Assembly: GCF_032191835.1 (NCBI RefSeq)
Contig: NC_083229.1
Coordinates: 39,370,001 to 39,434,000, forward strand
DNA from: Heteronotia binoei
Taxonomy: Eukaryota
Direction: 5' to 3'
Length of the DNA stretch: 64,000 nucleotides
Made by a program: the position numbers and the translations under genes. The notes beneath the pieces are model-generated. The model did no database searches. It had not been told where the DNA came from and saw only the letters and a program-made list of their open reading frames with translations. This document shows, piece after piece, positions 12,256-25,458 of the stretch; positions within the stretch are counted from its first letter, which is position 1; each line of letters opens with the position of its first letter.

Positions 12256-13222
12256 GTAAGACATTATACAGTACGAATCTGAAAACTTTAACAGACAATA
12301 ATACCTATAAAACTGAATGGATATCTATAGACCTTGAGTATGTTTCTATAACATGGTAAAAGAAGGCAGACATTTCAATTAATGCACATTTCATATAAGT
12401 TTTAAAATAACTTGATAATAGCTGTCATGTTTTTACAAAGTAAGGCACTGTGCACGTGCTGATGTCCTGCTTTGGAATAGTATCTACTCAAAGGTGCTTG
12501 GCCCAAGATGGCAAAATTTTGGTAAAGAAAAGGATATCACTCTGTCTGGAGAGGCAACCATGTTCTCTTGCAATAGCCAAAACAAGAGAGTTTTGCAGTA
12601 TCTTATAAACACATTATGGCAGAAGCATCAGTGAGCAAGAATGCACTTTACAGACATACATGTTAACATTTAGTTGCCAAATAAACACACACACTCACAG
12701 AACTACCAGCAGAAAGAGGAAGCTCTTACCCATGAAAGGCAGGGAAAGGAAGCTATTACACAAGACCAGCAGAGAAAGGACGCAATTACCTAAGGAGATA
12801 AGCAACTTATCTCCTTCCTTTTGCAGTCAGAAATCCAGCACAGCAATGAAAGTTAAATGTACAATGATTCCTGTTTACAGATAGCTTCTTAATACCCAGA
12901 ATTCCTAGTGAAATCTTCCCTTATTGTTTATCTCAAGCATTTTAATGCCCTCTTTCTATCCAAATAGGGCATGTATCACAGTGACAAGATCTTCCCTGCC
13001 CAGCAAGGGCTGCAGGTAGTTCACCAGCAACTGCTAATGAAAGGGAGAGATGGAGGGTTGTCAGGCTATGCAAAGCAAACATCAAAATATAGGTTCTGGT
13101 GGTGGACAGGAGTCTCGTGGCAAAGTAATGACCAACAATGTTTTCTTCCTTCTTCAGATGCAATGAGCGGCTGCTACCCAGGAGTTGCTCCTTCTTTTAT
13201 GCGGGAGGTATGGAAAAAACAA

Positions 13223-13514
13223 GGGCCCCGTGGCGCAGAGTGGTAAAGCTGCAGTACTGCAGTTGGAGCTCTCTGCTCACAAGCTGAGTTTGATCCCAGC
13301 GAAAGCTGGTTCAGGTAGCTGGCTCCAGGTTGACTCAGCCTTCCATCCTTCTGAGGTTGGTAAAATGAGTACCCAGCTTGCTGGGGGGAAAGTGTAGGTG
13401 ACTGGGGAAGCAATGGCAAACCACCCCGTCAAAAGTCTGCTGTGAAAATGTTAAAGCAACGTCACCCCAGAGTAAGAAACGACTGGTGCTTGCACAGGAG
13501 ACTACCTTTACCTT
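13223..13514 (+). mobile_element. Sauria SINE
   Basis: Same family as 34-324, with (ACCTTT) tail. Confidence 0.85.
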
Positions 13515-13876
13515 CTTATGGAAAAAACAGCAATAACAGTATCCAAAACGCCATGAAACACATGAGGTATGCAGGTGAAATACAAATTAATATATTTAAT
13601 CATTAAAAACACTAGTTATGCTAAACTAGTTAACACAAGTAATGAGTGGAGAACTTAAGTTTTGGCAAATTACTAACACTTACATGTAAAAAAAGACAAC
13701 TCCTTATTTATGGCTGTAGTCTGTAAAAGCCTATAGTGGAACAAAACAACGTTGAGGGTTTTTTTAAAAAAAAGTATTACAAAATTTGAGTCTAGTGGCG
13801 CCTTTAAGCCCAACGAAGTTTAATTCTGGGAATAAGCTCTGGTGTGCATTCCCTCATGTGCATGAAAGCTTATACC

Positions 13877-14168
13877 AGGAGTGGTCAAACTGTGGTTCGG
13901 GAGCCACATGTGGCTCTTTCACATATATTGTGTAACTCTTGAAGCCCCCACTGCCTTATCAGCTAGCTTAAAGTATTTGTCTCTTTAAATCACTTCAAGC
14001 CAAGCCAGCTCGCAGCTTGGAGAATGTAATTAAAGTTAAATATGCATTCTTTCCACCTCTCCCTCCCCCTATTTTCCTTCCTTCCTTCGACATCCATGTT
14101 TTGCAGCTCTCAAATATCTGATATTTATTTTATGTGGCTCTTATGTTAAGCAAGTTTGGCCACCCCTA
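13877..14168 (+). mobile_element. hAT-type MITE inserted in a Penelope-like remnant
   Basis: TIR caggagtggtcaaac / gtttggccaccccta; perfect 8-bp TSD GCTTATAC at 13869-13876 and 14169-14176. Confidence 0.8.
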
Positions 14169-14551
14169 GCTTATACCAAGACTCAAACTCTGTTCTGTTG
14201 TTTCAGCCCAACACGACTATCCACCTGAATCTTAGTTTTTAAGGTAGAAGTACCACTAACATGGACGGAGAGGAGTGGGAAGGAAGAGACTATATAAAGT
14301 TTTTACGTCCACCTAGAGGGCACCAACATATTCAGAGCAGAAACCGTCTGTGTAGCCAACCGGCCTTTATCACGTTATTACTCCGCTACAGCGCAGATGA
14401 CCATTTCTGATTCCCATCATACTCGTCTCTTGAGCGAATGCTCAACTCGGTAGAACTTTCGAAGAGGGAGGGGAACCTTTTCTCTCGCGAGTGTAGCTGG
14501 TCGCCGAGACTGAGCCGCGTGGGTAGGTGCGTTGCATTGTGGGAGTTCGTT

Positions 14552-14591
14552 CCTTTCCTCGTTGCCCGGCCATCTTGGAGGTGCCTCTCTG
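14552..14591 (+). other. RPL30: RPL30 non-coding exon 1 (5'TOP)
   Basis: Polypyrimidine start, ends at a GTGAGC donor at 14592; the next acceptor is ttttccag|14680. The TSS position is approximate. Confidence 0.65.
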
Positions 14592-14709
14592 GTGAGCGAG
14601 TCCCCGGAGCCGATAGAGGGGAGCGAAGCCCATGGGGATGCGGCTCGATGTTTCTTAATTCTTTTTCCTCCTTTTCCAGGTAACGGCCGGCCCGACGTGA
14701 GCCGCAAAG

Positions 14710-14730
14710 ATGGTGGCCGCCAAGAAGACG
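14710..14730 (+). CDS. RPL30: RPL30 coding exon 1 (MVAAKKT)
   Basis: ATG at 14710 (AAAGATGG), GTGAGT donor at 14731. Confidence 0.97.
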
Positions 14731-14932
14731 GTGAGTGGAAGTGGCCCGGGCGGAGCGAGCCTAGGCCGGCCGGGAAAGGTTCGCGTGGTCGCTCGAGCGA
14801 GGCAGGATGCTTCTGAGGAGGAGCAGCTCCAGCGCAGTAGCTGCCTAAGGGGGGGGGGGGGGGCTTGTGGTCGGAGCTCCTTCACTGCGAGGCCTTGGGT
14901 GGATAAGGTGGAGGGTCACTAATAAAATCCAT

Positions 14933-15220
14933 GAGCCCCGTGGCACAGAGTGTTAAAGCTGCAGTACTGCAGTCTGCTCACGACCTGAGTTCGATCCCCA
15001 GTGGAAACTGGGTTTTCAGGTAGCCGGCTCGAGGTAGACTCAACCTTCCCTCCTTCCGAGGTTGGTAAAATGAGTACCCAACTTGCTGGGGCAAAAGTGT
15101 AGATGACTAGGGAAGGCAGTGGCAAACCATCCCGTCAAAAGTCTGCCCTGAAAACGTTGTGAAAGCAACGTCACCCCAGAGTCGGAAACGACTGGTGCTC
15201 GCACAGGGGACCTTTCCTTT
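14933..15220 (+). mobile_element. Sauria SINE in RPL30 intron 2
   Basis: Same family as 34-324; a second partial copy lies at 15470-15626. Confidence 0.85.
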
Positions 15221-17783
15221 CCCACTAATAAGAACACAAAAGTAGGCCTCACAAGAATGGGTGTCCTGAGAGGCCAACACGTTTTAAAGGGGGATTAGAT
15301 GGATTTATGGAGGCTAGGTCCATCAGTAGTTGCTAGCTATGGTGACTAAAAAGGAGCCTTTATGATCACAGGCTGCATTGGGGAAGGTCTCGGCCTTTGT
15401 GCTTTGTTTGCTGCCCCTCCTCCCTTTCCGTAACTAATTGTGTGAAACGGGTTGCTGGATTATTGATCAAGAGCCCCATGGCGCAGAGTGGTAAAGCTGC
15501 AGTCTTGCAGTTGGAGCCCCCTGCTCATGTCCTGAGTTTGATTCCAGCGGAAAGCTGGTTCAGGTAAGTGGCTCCAGGTTGACTCAGCCTTCCATTCTTC
15601 CGAGGTCAGTAAAATGAGTACCCAGCAAGAGGTTGACTCGTCAGGTGTTTAGATGTGGGAAGGAATTTACTCAGTTTGGAACTAGGACTTGTTTGCAGCA
15701 TCTTCTTGAGAATGCAGGATTTGACTGCCAGTTTCTAGAAATGGTGGGTAGTTGCAGTTATTTTTTTTCCTATATAAGGGCTAGTGAAATATTCAGTGGA
15801 CAGAAATATTGGCTTCCTCTTTTGAACTCATTTTTGGTACCTGAGCTGGAGAAATGTTATCCAAAGTTCTCTGTATGCATATATAATGAATGGATGGGCA
15901 TATTCATTCAGCTTCTGCTCTATATATGGTGGTGTCCTCCAGGTGGACATTAAAGCTCTTTGACATGTGAAAAATTGCAGGTGTATTGTGTCCCTTAAGG
16001 AGAAGCAGCTGTAAGTACTGTTTTGCTGCTGTCTCTTTGAATTGGTCTGTTGACTGTTCAGTCTTCTAAAGTGCTTTTCCAGGCAGGTAACAAACCATTT
16101 TTAATCCCAGTCTGCTTGAACCAGTGATCTGGTGCAAAAAAAAAAATGCCCTGCATATGTAAATGCAATTGGTTTATCTATAGTTGGCAGGGCAGTCATG
16201 TTATAATCAGTCATGTTATGTTATAAATGTACTAAATTAGGACATGAAGCTAAATGTGAGCAAACCCTAATGTACATGGGTCCAGATTTGTACATTGTGC
16301 ATTTGACTTCTTTTGCTAACATTATTTAAAGTTTGTGAACATTATTTTAATGCTTCAATTACATATTTGAATCAGAAATTTTTTTCTATGTAGTTTTCCC
16401 AGAAAGCCAAACAAATTTTTTTTGTTCTTAATTGATCTGGGGAAAACAAATGGCTTGTCAATTTAACTAGCTGGCAGGATGTCTTTTTAGTGTTTGACAG
16501 CAGAAAAATTAATACAAATTGAAATTTATAATAGATTTAGTATTAGAGAGGTTATCCTTATGAATGTGTTGCAGGCATCTGGAGTTATCTCATAGCTTGT
16601 ATAGCAGGGGTATCAAACATACCAGCCCTGAATCCGCCCAGGCCCATGAGCAACTGGTTATTACCTTTACTGCTAGATGATCAACACTGCATTATGTCCC
16701 TGTTTACTGTCCCAGTCCTAATGCCTAACGGGCATTAAGGAAATGGGAGGGTGATAGTCAGGGAGATACGGTACTTTGAGGAAATACAGTAAGAGAGTGT
16801 TTAGAGCATGTTTGTAGTTTGAGTAAAATTTTGCCTGTATCCTTTATAAAGCTTATATTTCTAGTATCTGATGTTACATTTTATGGCACAAATAGCCTCA
16901 TAACAAATGAGTTTAACAAGTCTCTTGTTTAGAGGCTGTAAAGTAGAGCTGCAAATAGTCTTGCTTGTTAGGAGGATGACAGGCAGATGGCACTGTTCAC
17001 TTAGAGTTATGGTCATATTGCCTTAAATAGACTTAAGGTTGTAGAAACTTTTAATTTGAAAAGGGCTTTTCAGTCAGTCTCAGGTCAAGTATTTGGATAT
17101 GGTCTGGGGTTTTTCATTTTAGAAAACAGGCAAAGTATTGTGACAGGGTAGAGAATAACATGAATATCTGATATGGATAATTGGGGTTTATTTCTCTGTA
17201 TTTAAATATTTATTTCTCTGTATTATTTTAAATATTATGATAGTTTTAAATACTGGTTTTAACTTGGTGTGCACATTTTGGATTTTTTCCTGTACGCTGC
17301 TATGTTTCTAAAACTAGATCTTGTGATTATGCTCAAACAACTCTTGAATTCTTAAAACAAAATGGAGAGATTTTAAATGTTTATTCCTGACTTATATGAA
17401 TTAATTCTGAGTTCTGACATGCATTTCAGATATTTTATAATGTCATCCTAAACTTACAAAGTCTGCTTAAATATTGTGGTGCTTTGGCTTATTTTCAGCA
17501 TGCAGAACATTCCAGGTTCAGCCCCTGGCATCTCCAGTTAAAGGATCAGGTAGCAGGTGATGTGGAAAATCTCTACCTGCGACCCTGGAGAGTTACTGCC
17601 AGTCATATTGCTGATACTACAGTGGTCTGATTCTATATAACACAGCAATGTGTGAGTGCGAGTACGTCATGTGCATACTTAGAAGGGGCTAGACTTAATG
17701 AGGCCAAACAAATTTGACCAGGAAAGTTAAGCAGTCTTGCTTATTATTAAAGGTCTCCTTTAATATTTACAAATGCACTGTAA

Positions 17784-17981
<198 letters not shown>

Positions 17982-18673
17982 TGAGTATCCACTGGAACAA
18001 GATTTCTGTTTAAGTTCAAAGGGTGTGTTCTTTATATTGATGCTTTAAAATGTTACCTTTACTTGTATGGCTGAAATAGGATTTCTTAATCTTCAATACA
18101 ACCACTGTTTTTTTAAATGAGCTGCTTTGAATGTATTACGAAATTACATACACATAGCATATCTAGGCTAGAAGCCATATTAATGTAGCAAAGGCAGCAA
18201 TGGTTAGTCAAGGCCTTGGCAATTAAATTTCAAAGTGGATTGTGCATGCTTGGCACTGATCTAGGGAACAGTACAGCAGATCTTCACAGGACCCCTCAGA
18301 TTTTTCTTCCCAAATTCTCACCAGTGTGCAAGGAATGCTTCTCTCAGAGTCAATTAGTGGAAACCTTTGCTCCAGTACATCAAGGCTAGCATGATGTTTT
18401 CTTGTAACTTGGTACTTCAGCATGTTTGACAGAAGGTTTCTTGTGCAAGAAGAGGTCATTAACAATTATAGTGCATGCTTATGCAAAACATTTCTTTCAA
18501 AAGGAATTAGTCTTTTTTTAGGCAAGTAGAATAGTCTGTACCATAAGATGCTGCTGGTAAAAGTTGCAGGATGGTATCACTATAGTTTTTCTCCCAGTGA
18601 TACAGTATGCTATGTTTATTGCTCAAAGCCAGGTTACTAGCAGGGGAGATTGATTAATAGCATGTGTGTTTAA

Positions 18674-18817
<144 letters not shown>

Positions 18818-19443
18818 TAGGCTGCCTTTTAAGTTAATTTTAAGTTAAGTTAGTTTGTTTGAATTATTTACAGTCTGTTTTTCTCAGAGAGATGAGGCGA
18901 CTTAAACTTTGTAGCTTGGTCCTGTCACTGATATTGTTTGAAAGCAATACTGATCTCAGAATTCCGGTCTTGACCACTTTCAAGTCAGTATGCCTCAAAA
19001 GCAGCAATATGCTTGTTGAATGTGTGTTAGCTTAGATTTGGCAACATGGCTGTACATCTCATAGAACTCACTGGACTCCTGAAAAACACACTAGAATTGG
19101 CCCTGTGATTTCTGGAGATGTGGCTTAGAGTTAATTAGAATATAACATAGATGGCAGTCTAAATTGAATAAATAAAAATAGTAAAATAAAATGACTACAA
19201 CACTTAAATATATTTGTGATCTATTAAGGTGAAATTGGCTTCCTTCAAAGTGCCTCAAATGAACTAGATACTTTAGGAAGCATTTTTTAAAAAAAATCAG
19301 TGCAGAATAGCCCACTCTAATGAAAATCTGAAGGGGCATTATGGATGGAGTTGTCTGGCTTTTATAATTCTCTGTACAGTCTTAGATCAGGACATCTGGT
19401 AAACTAGCTACAATATTATCAGAGCCCCCATTATAGCTTAGAG

Positions 19444-19707
19444 CAGGGGTGACCAGGCTGCTGCTTGGGAGCCACATGTAGCTCTTTCAGACATTTTGTG
19501 TGGCTCTCGAAACCCCCCACTACCATGTCGGCTGGCTTAGAAAAGGCATTTGTCTCTTTAAATCATTTCTCCAAGCCAGCCGATGACTTGGAGAATGCAT
19601 TTGAAGTTAAAGTTGCTTTATAACATTTGGTGCTCATGTCTTGTGGCGCTCAGATATCTGATGTTTATTCTGTGTGGTCATACGGTAATCAAATTTGAGC
19701 ACCCCTG
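19444..19707 (+). mobile_element. hAT-type MITE (same family as 13877)
   Basis: TIR caggggtg / cacccctg; 8-bp TSD GCTTAGAG at 19436-19443 and 19708-19715. Confidence 0.8.
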
Positions 19708-19845
19708 GCTTAGAGGTTCATTGGAAGGCACTTGATGGGGGACTAAAGTCATTTTTCCCAAAGTATTTCTGAGTTTATATTTTGCTTTCCGCAGGCCATT
19801 ACACACCAACTAAGATTCTCATTGTGATACTGAAAAGCAGAAACA

Positions 19846-19978
19846 CTGCGAATATTCTCGCTGTCCTGATCATCCAGTGGTCACGGCAGGCTAGACATTC
19901 GCTATAGCAACACTATGCAGTGTGTCCCCAGGGCTAGTTTACCTCCCTAGCACTGGTTTTTAACTGCTAGTGATATTC
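19846..19978 (+). ncRNA. SNORA72: H/ACA snoRNA SNORA72 (U72), guide for 5.8S rRNA pseudouridylation
   Basis: Starts CTGCGAATATTCTCGCTG like the recalled human U72. H box ATAGCA at 19904-19909; terminal AUA box variant at 19973-19975, 3 nt from the end. Pocket strands ATTCTCG (19854-19860) and GCTAG (19890-19894) are complementary to 5.8S CUAGC-UG-CGAGAAU. Sits in the last RPL30 intron as in human. Confidence 0.9.
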
Positions 19979-20160
19979 TGGAATAATGTACGCTAATTGG
20001 GAGCATAGAAATGTTTTGTAACATAATAGAAAAATGTAAATTGAGTGGGGCTCATCTAGCGTGACTTACCTTTTAAGAGAATGCACATAAATATATACAG
20101 GCAAAAAAAATCTTTGTTCTAACCTTGATGTTAAAACGCTATTGTTTTTTCTCTTAACAG

Positions 20161-20210
20161 GCGATTCCGACATCATTAGAAGCATGCCAGAACAAACCAG
20201 TGAGAAGTAA
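20161..20210 (+). CDS. RPL30: RPL30 last coding exon (GDSDIIRSMPEQTSEK*)
   Basis: 50 nt; exons total 21+146+131+50 = 348 nt = 115 aa plus stop. Confidence 0.98.
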
Positions 20211-20237
20211 TATTGCAGAATTTTGATTTTTTTGTTT

Positions 20238-20243
20238 AATAAA
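20238..20243 (+). terminator. RPL30 polyadenylation signal AATAAA
   Basis: 27 nt after the stop codon. Confidence 0.8.
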
Positions 20244-22984
20244 AACTGGTTACAAATCTATTGCTAGCATGAGTTTTCATAAAGTGGATATGAAGAGATG
20301 GCTTTGCAACTAGATATCAGGTACACAAATAAATGCCTCACATCTGTTACATAATTTTATTGTAACTTAATAATAAAATTCATAGAATTTGGAGATTCTT
20401 AATACTAAGCATTCCAGGCCATTCACACTGTGGAGTTACTACTATTAGGCACATTACCTCTGTTGGTTGCGATATTGTGCCTCTTTATTGGAAAAACTGC
20501 AGCTGTCTAGCTTGGTTATTTGGAAGAGGCACAGGGAAGGAAAGTGAAGAGTGTGAGAAGAGAGTTCAAAGTACTTCGGGTGTTACTAGTGTTGGAACTA
20601 CAAAGGTAAACAAGGCCTACTGGATTTTTTTCCTCCAGTGAGAGATTATTGGACGATATCTAAAAGTGCCATAGAATTCACTAGAGTTTCCATTTTGGTA
20701 AATGTGATTATGATTAGACCAGGGCGAATTAGTGTTTGAGCAAGTAAGTTACCATGAACTGAAGAACAGCAAAGTACTTACATGCAGAATGTTCCAACTA
20801 AAATGCCTCAGTTGTCAGCTTAACCTTGAATCCAAGAACTGTGACTGGAATAGCTCTGCTATTTTACATGCACAAGAGTTTGGCAGCATTTATAATTTTT
20901 ATTTTGCCTGTATGAGGTTGCATAAGTGCAGGTTCTGTGATTTTGGTTCCTCCTTGTACTACATTCTAGAGTGAAGTGTAAAATAGCCCTTTCCTTGAGC
21001 AGCAGGCATTTTCTCTGTTAGAAGGGCATATGGATCGTTTCCAGTATTTAACCCTTGAGTGTTAGCCATGTTGTTTGTCCTTAAGTTACAATTTCAGAGG
21101 CATTTCAGCTTCAAAAGCTGACTGGAACTTCATGAGGAAACTGTATGGGAAGTCTTTGAATACAACAAGCAAGGTGCTAAACTGAATGTGAGAATACGTG
21201 TGTATTAGTGAATCTTGAATCAGTAACTGCCTTGTGGAAACCAAAAGAAATTTGAGGTCAACTGAACTAAAACAATAGATCCAGAAACTGGATCTAAAAC
21301 TGGAGAGGTGCAATTTTAGAAAGCTACAAGATTAATAACCCAAAAGTGCATTCTGACAAAGCCATCTCTCTTATGACTGCGTGTTTTTTGGTCTTCTTCA
21401 ACAATTGCCCAGTCATGAATATACAGGCTGTGTGCTGCACATAAAGATGATCATGAGCAGAACTATGAGTGAACATTCTAGGAAAGCTGAGATTCTCAGA
21501 ATTGTGAGCAGTGCATTAAGTATGGAATTAGATGTACCAATAAAAGATGGCTATCCCCCCCCCCCCGGGAATGTGAGCATAGCAGAGTATGGGAAGAGTC
21601 TGTGCTTTGTTTTGGTGCATGCGGGTCTACCTGAGTTAGTATTAAGACTAGACAATCGTTATTACATTTATATCCCACTTTTGTCATGGGAATCAAGGAG
21701 TTGTGTCCCATGGAAAAGACCTGCTAGCATGAGAGAGGACACCATTATTTCTGCCAACTCCCTCACCCAAGGCTGATCCTCAGCATTCAATTGCCCAGGA
21801 GCAGCATTGGGGGGGGGGGGCTTTAAAGTTACAGCAGGAGGAGATAAGCAGGAAGTTGTACTTTCGTGTCTGAAATTTATCCCAGATCCAACTAAAGACA
21901 ATGTATATGTGATGGAATGTAAAGGGTTAATGCCTTTACAGAACCTTTGAATGACAGGCTGTTCAAATGGAATTTCATCAGTTAAAAAATGACAGTTGAA
22001 GAGACAGTTTAGAACTGACTGTGGATTGGGAAAGGGGCTGAAGGAGTGAATGGATCACAGTGGATCCCCATTAAAGCCAAAAAGGGGCAGAACTTCTAGT
22101 CAAGATAAACTCTGCCCAGTGAAAAGGAGATCACTCTTAAAAGAAGAGTGATCCCTGGGCTGTGTCAAGAGAATGATTTTGGGAACTTGGTTGTACATTT
22201 CTGCCTTCTAAACAAAATGTCAATGAAACTCAAAAACCTATGCTTGTGAGTTAAAGCAGAAACTGCAGAAAAGAGGCTCTAAGTTTCAAAGACCTTCTTG
22301 AAAAGCAAAAGCACTTGTTGGCAACATAGCTGAATTTAGTGTGATTACAAACCCATACATCCTACCTGACTTTCCCCCTTCCAAGTTAAATAAAATATTT
22401 TGTTTATTTTGAACTTTCAAAAGCCTCTCGTGTGCTATTACAGAATTATAATATAAAGTGATTTTATCTTTCCTCAAGTCCCTGTGATGGGCCAACATCA
22501 GAATTTATAACAACGTGACAGGGTGGAACAGCCATAGACAAATAAGAAGAAAATATAGGGACTGCTCAGCAAGAAGAGAAAATCCTATGTGTGAGGGAGG
22601 AATAGAGATCATCACAGTATGTAAACAGATCTTTTCCCATGAGACCCATCTAGTCTTAACATACTGTTTCACATTGGGGAAACAATTGCCAAAGGGGAAA
22701 ATGGCATAGAGGCTGTGGCCTTCCAAACACTGATCCTCCGAGGTTTGCTGCCCCTAAATGGAGGTTCCTCAACCATGCATTTGTATAGTGCACTTTTAAA
22801 GTCATCTATGCTGGTGGCCATCACTGAGTTCATTGACATTGAAGTTCAGTTTAATTACTCTTTGGGTAAGGCAGTATTTCCTTTTGTCTGTAGTGTATTT
22901 TCCAACAACTTCACTGGGTACCCCCAAATTATAGTATTCAGGGAGAGAAAGAAAAAACTGCTACATCTAATTTTATAAACCTCT

Positions 22985-24660
22985 AATGTCTCTTCTTGTC
23001 TTTTTCATAGACTGAAAAGTCTCAGACTATAGTTCTTCCTCATAGGAAAGGTGTTCGTACCCCCTATTCATTTTGGTCACCTTGCTTTGTATTTATTCCA
23101 GCTCTGTAGTGTCCTTTTTGAAATACAGCCACCAGAACTGCATACAATATTTCAGATGTGGCCACACCATAGTTCCATAGAAGGGCATAGGGTTTTTTTA
23201 TTTCAATATGCACTCTTACACTTCCCAATGTTGAATTTTATGTCATGTTGTCCACTCCCCCATTTTGAGATTCTTCTGTAGCTGTTCATAATCTGCCTTG
23301 ATTTTCCCAACCTGAATAATTTAGTATTATCTGCAAACTTGGCTGTGGCATTACTGGTGACAATACTGCAAAAGCTGTCTATTCCAACTTTCTGCTGCCT
23401 ACCATTTTATCAGTTTTTTAATTCATAAGGTAATTTGTCCTTTTATCCTCTGTAAGCAGTCCTGTCCTCTTATTCTATGATTGCCGAGCTTACTCAAGTC
23501 TGTTGGTGAGATACCTTTTGGACTATACTATACTGGATCACCCCTTATCCATATGCTTGACCTGCTCAAAGAACTCCAAAAAGTTGGTGTGATGGACAGA
23601 TTAGGTTCCACCTCTCTCAAAGAGCGACCAATGGGAGCTGATGGAATGCTGGGGAGAGGGCAAACAGCCAGTTAGGGCAACTGGGAGTGAGACTGGCTGA
23701 ATTAAACAGTGATAGAAGACCAGCTTAAGGTCAACTTGTAAGGAAGAATCCCTAATGCCTGAATAGGAAAGCAGAATTCAAAAGTTCAACTTTAGAGAAA
23801 CTTAACAAGTTAACTCCTTGTTTGTGGTCTCAGGGAAAGAAACAAGTGTGCATGCACACATACATGGATACAAAGATCTTGGCCTCTCTATGTGTGTGTA
23901 TGTATAAATGAATAATGTCTGAGGGAGCGGTGATTATTAAAGGGGGCTGGGCTATCCTATCTGGTGATGTCTCTGAGTGTGAGAGAGGACTCATGGCTTT
24001 CTGTGTTTTAAAAGAGGCACGATGGGTGATGAACTGTGACTGCCTGACCTATCTGTAACCCTGAACCTGAGGGAAAGAGGTTGTGGAGGGTGATAAGGAC
24101 TCCTGAATAAATAAAAGGCATCATAGTTGCAGAACTTTCCTTTGAAGAAGCCATGCTGATTTTCCCTCAGCAGCCTTTGTCTTCAGTGTGCCTAATTCCC
24201 TCTTTATAGTTTCAACTAATTTATCTGGAACAGGCCTGCAATTCCTGGATGCCCTTTTTTAAAAATTGGGATGACCTTTGTTACTTTCCAGTAATCTGGC
24301 ATGGTGATTAATTTTAGCAACAAGTTACTTGATAACAGATCAACAATTTCCCATTTGAATTCTTAAGAATCCTCGGGTGTATGCCATCCGAATTTTGTTT
24401 GCCTAGTAATCTTAGAACTTCATCTCCCATTACCTCAGTTTGACTCAGTTCTTCAGGCCCTTCCCCAAAACTGCAACTCTAGCATGGGTTGATTTCAATA
24501 TGAAATCATTTTCCAGAGTAAGAACAGATGCATAGAATTCGTTAAATTTCCCTGCTGTCTCCCCATCTTCCTTAAGTAATCCTTTTATTCCTTTGTCATC
24601 CAAAGGCCCAACTGGTATCCTTCTGATATGTTTGAAGAAATGCTTATTGTTGGTATTAAC
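22985..24660 (-). mobile_element. Degraded CR1 LINE RT/3' region, interrupted at about 23588-24123
   Basis: CR1-type antisense text (ccttcctcataggaaagg..., aattccctg...ccccatcttcc); minus-strand ORF PVGPLDDKGIKGLLKEDGETAGKFNEFY. Confidence 0.65.
23588..24123 (+). mobile_element. Solo-LTR-like insertion inside the CR1
   Basis: About 535 bp of non-CR1 sequence, TG...CA ends, AATAAA near the 3' end; no convincing TSD. Confidence 0.35.
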
Positions 24661-24701
24661 ATTTTTGGTCATCTACTCCTCAGTTTGTCTTTTTTACTTA
24701 C

Positions 24702-24724
24702 TTTATTGTCAATTTACATTTATT
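24702..24724 (-). terminator. Candidate MATN2 polyadenylation signals (two AATAAA)
   Basis: TTTATT at 24702-24707 and 24719-24724, about 360 nt past the MATN2 stop, just before CR1 sequence. Confidence 0.55.
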
Positions 24725-25080
24725 TTGTGGAATTTACATTGATTGTGGAAACCTCACTTTTTACAGCAGTTTCAATGAAGTTGTATGATGAACTTTCCAG
24801 GTCTTATTCAAAATGTTTACAGCACCACTTTATATATATTTTTTCATTAAAAGCACCATTTTAATTATATTACATAGCTTATTTCAATGGAAAACTGTAT
24901 AAAACACCGGATCATACATCTATCTGCCATCAATGCAAAAATGCAATCTGGTATAGTACTTGGTTGAAATACTGGAGCCATTAATTTTTCCTTTCTCCTA
25001 GGAGCACACAAGGCCTTTGATACATTACCTTTGTATGTATAAATGTACAGTACAACATACGTTTCTGTTGAGAGCATTCT

Positions 25081-25133
25081 TCAGTATCTTAATCTGTTTT
25101 CCAGAGCTTCCATTCTTTTTGTCATCTTGTCTA
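25081..25133 (-). CDS. MATN2: MATN2 last coding exon (L-DKMTKRMEALENRLRY*), coiled coil
   Basis: Matches recalled human EEMTQRMEALENRLRYR; preceded by a U12 branch site and AC acceptor. Confidence 0.93.
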
Positions 25134-25458
25134 GTAATTATACATTAAGGAAAAACATGACAGGCCATTTAATAATGTTGCATAGTGTTGTATATGAGGT
25201 GTACCGAATTCTACAGTTTATTTCTGCCAGTGCAAAAGTACTTCTGGAAGAGGGATTGATTTTTGCTGACGTCTCTTTTTCCCATTGCAAGACTTCCCCT
25301 TCCCTGCCCATTATGCTTAACACTGTTCCTGGGAGTCCCTGAACCCCAGAACAAGGTTTGAGGGTATGTGGGGATTTACATGGTGGGAGGGATGGGACAT
25401 GGGGGTTTATTTTAAAAACTCTGCTCATGGATCATTGGATCCACCATAGTATTATATA

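Larger units (their letters stand above)
14330..14940 (+). promoter_or_regulatory. RPL30 CpG-island promoter with TCT/5'TOP initiator, ZNF143-like, BANP-like and YY1 motifs
   Basis: TCTCGCGAG (14483-14491), GCATTGTGGGAG (14534-14545, ZNF143/SBS-like), pyrimidine start TTCCTTTCCTC (14550-14560), GGCCATCTT (14568-14576, YY1). Resembles the recalled human RPL30 5' region. Confidence 0.7.

Noticed and set aside
14417-14922. Extra ORFs around the RPL30 promoter, including the 70-aa read-through of MVAAKKT
   Set aside because: CpG-island ORFs; the real frame is spliced at the GTGAGT donor at 14731.
25384-25405. G-quadruplex-like motif GGGAGGGATGGGACATGGGGG (another at about 34956-34984)
   Set aside because: Such G-runs are common in this sequence; no conservation or functional context visible.
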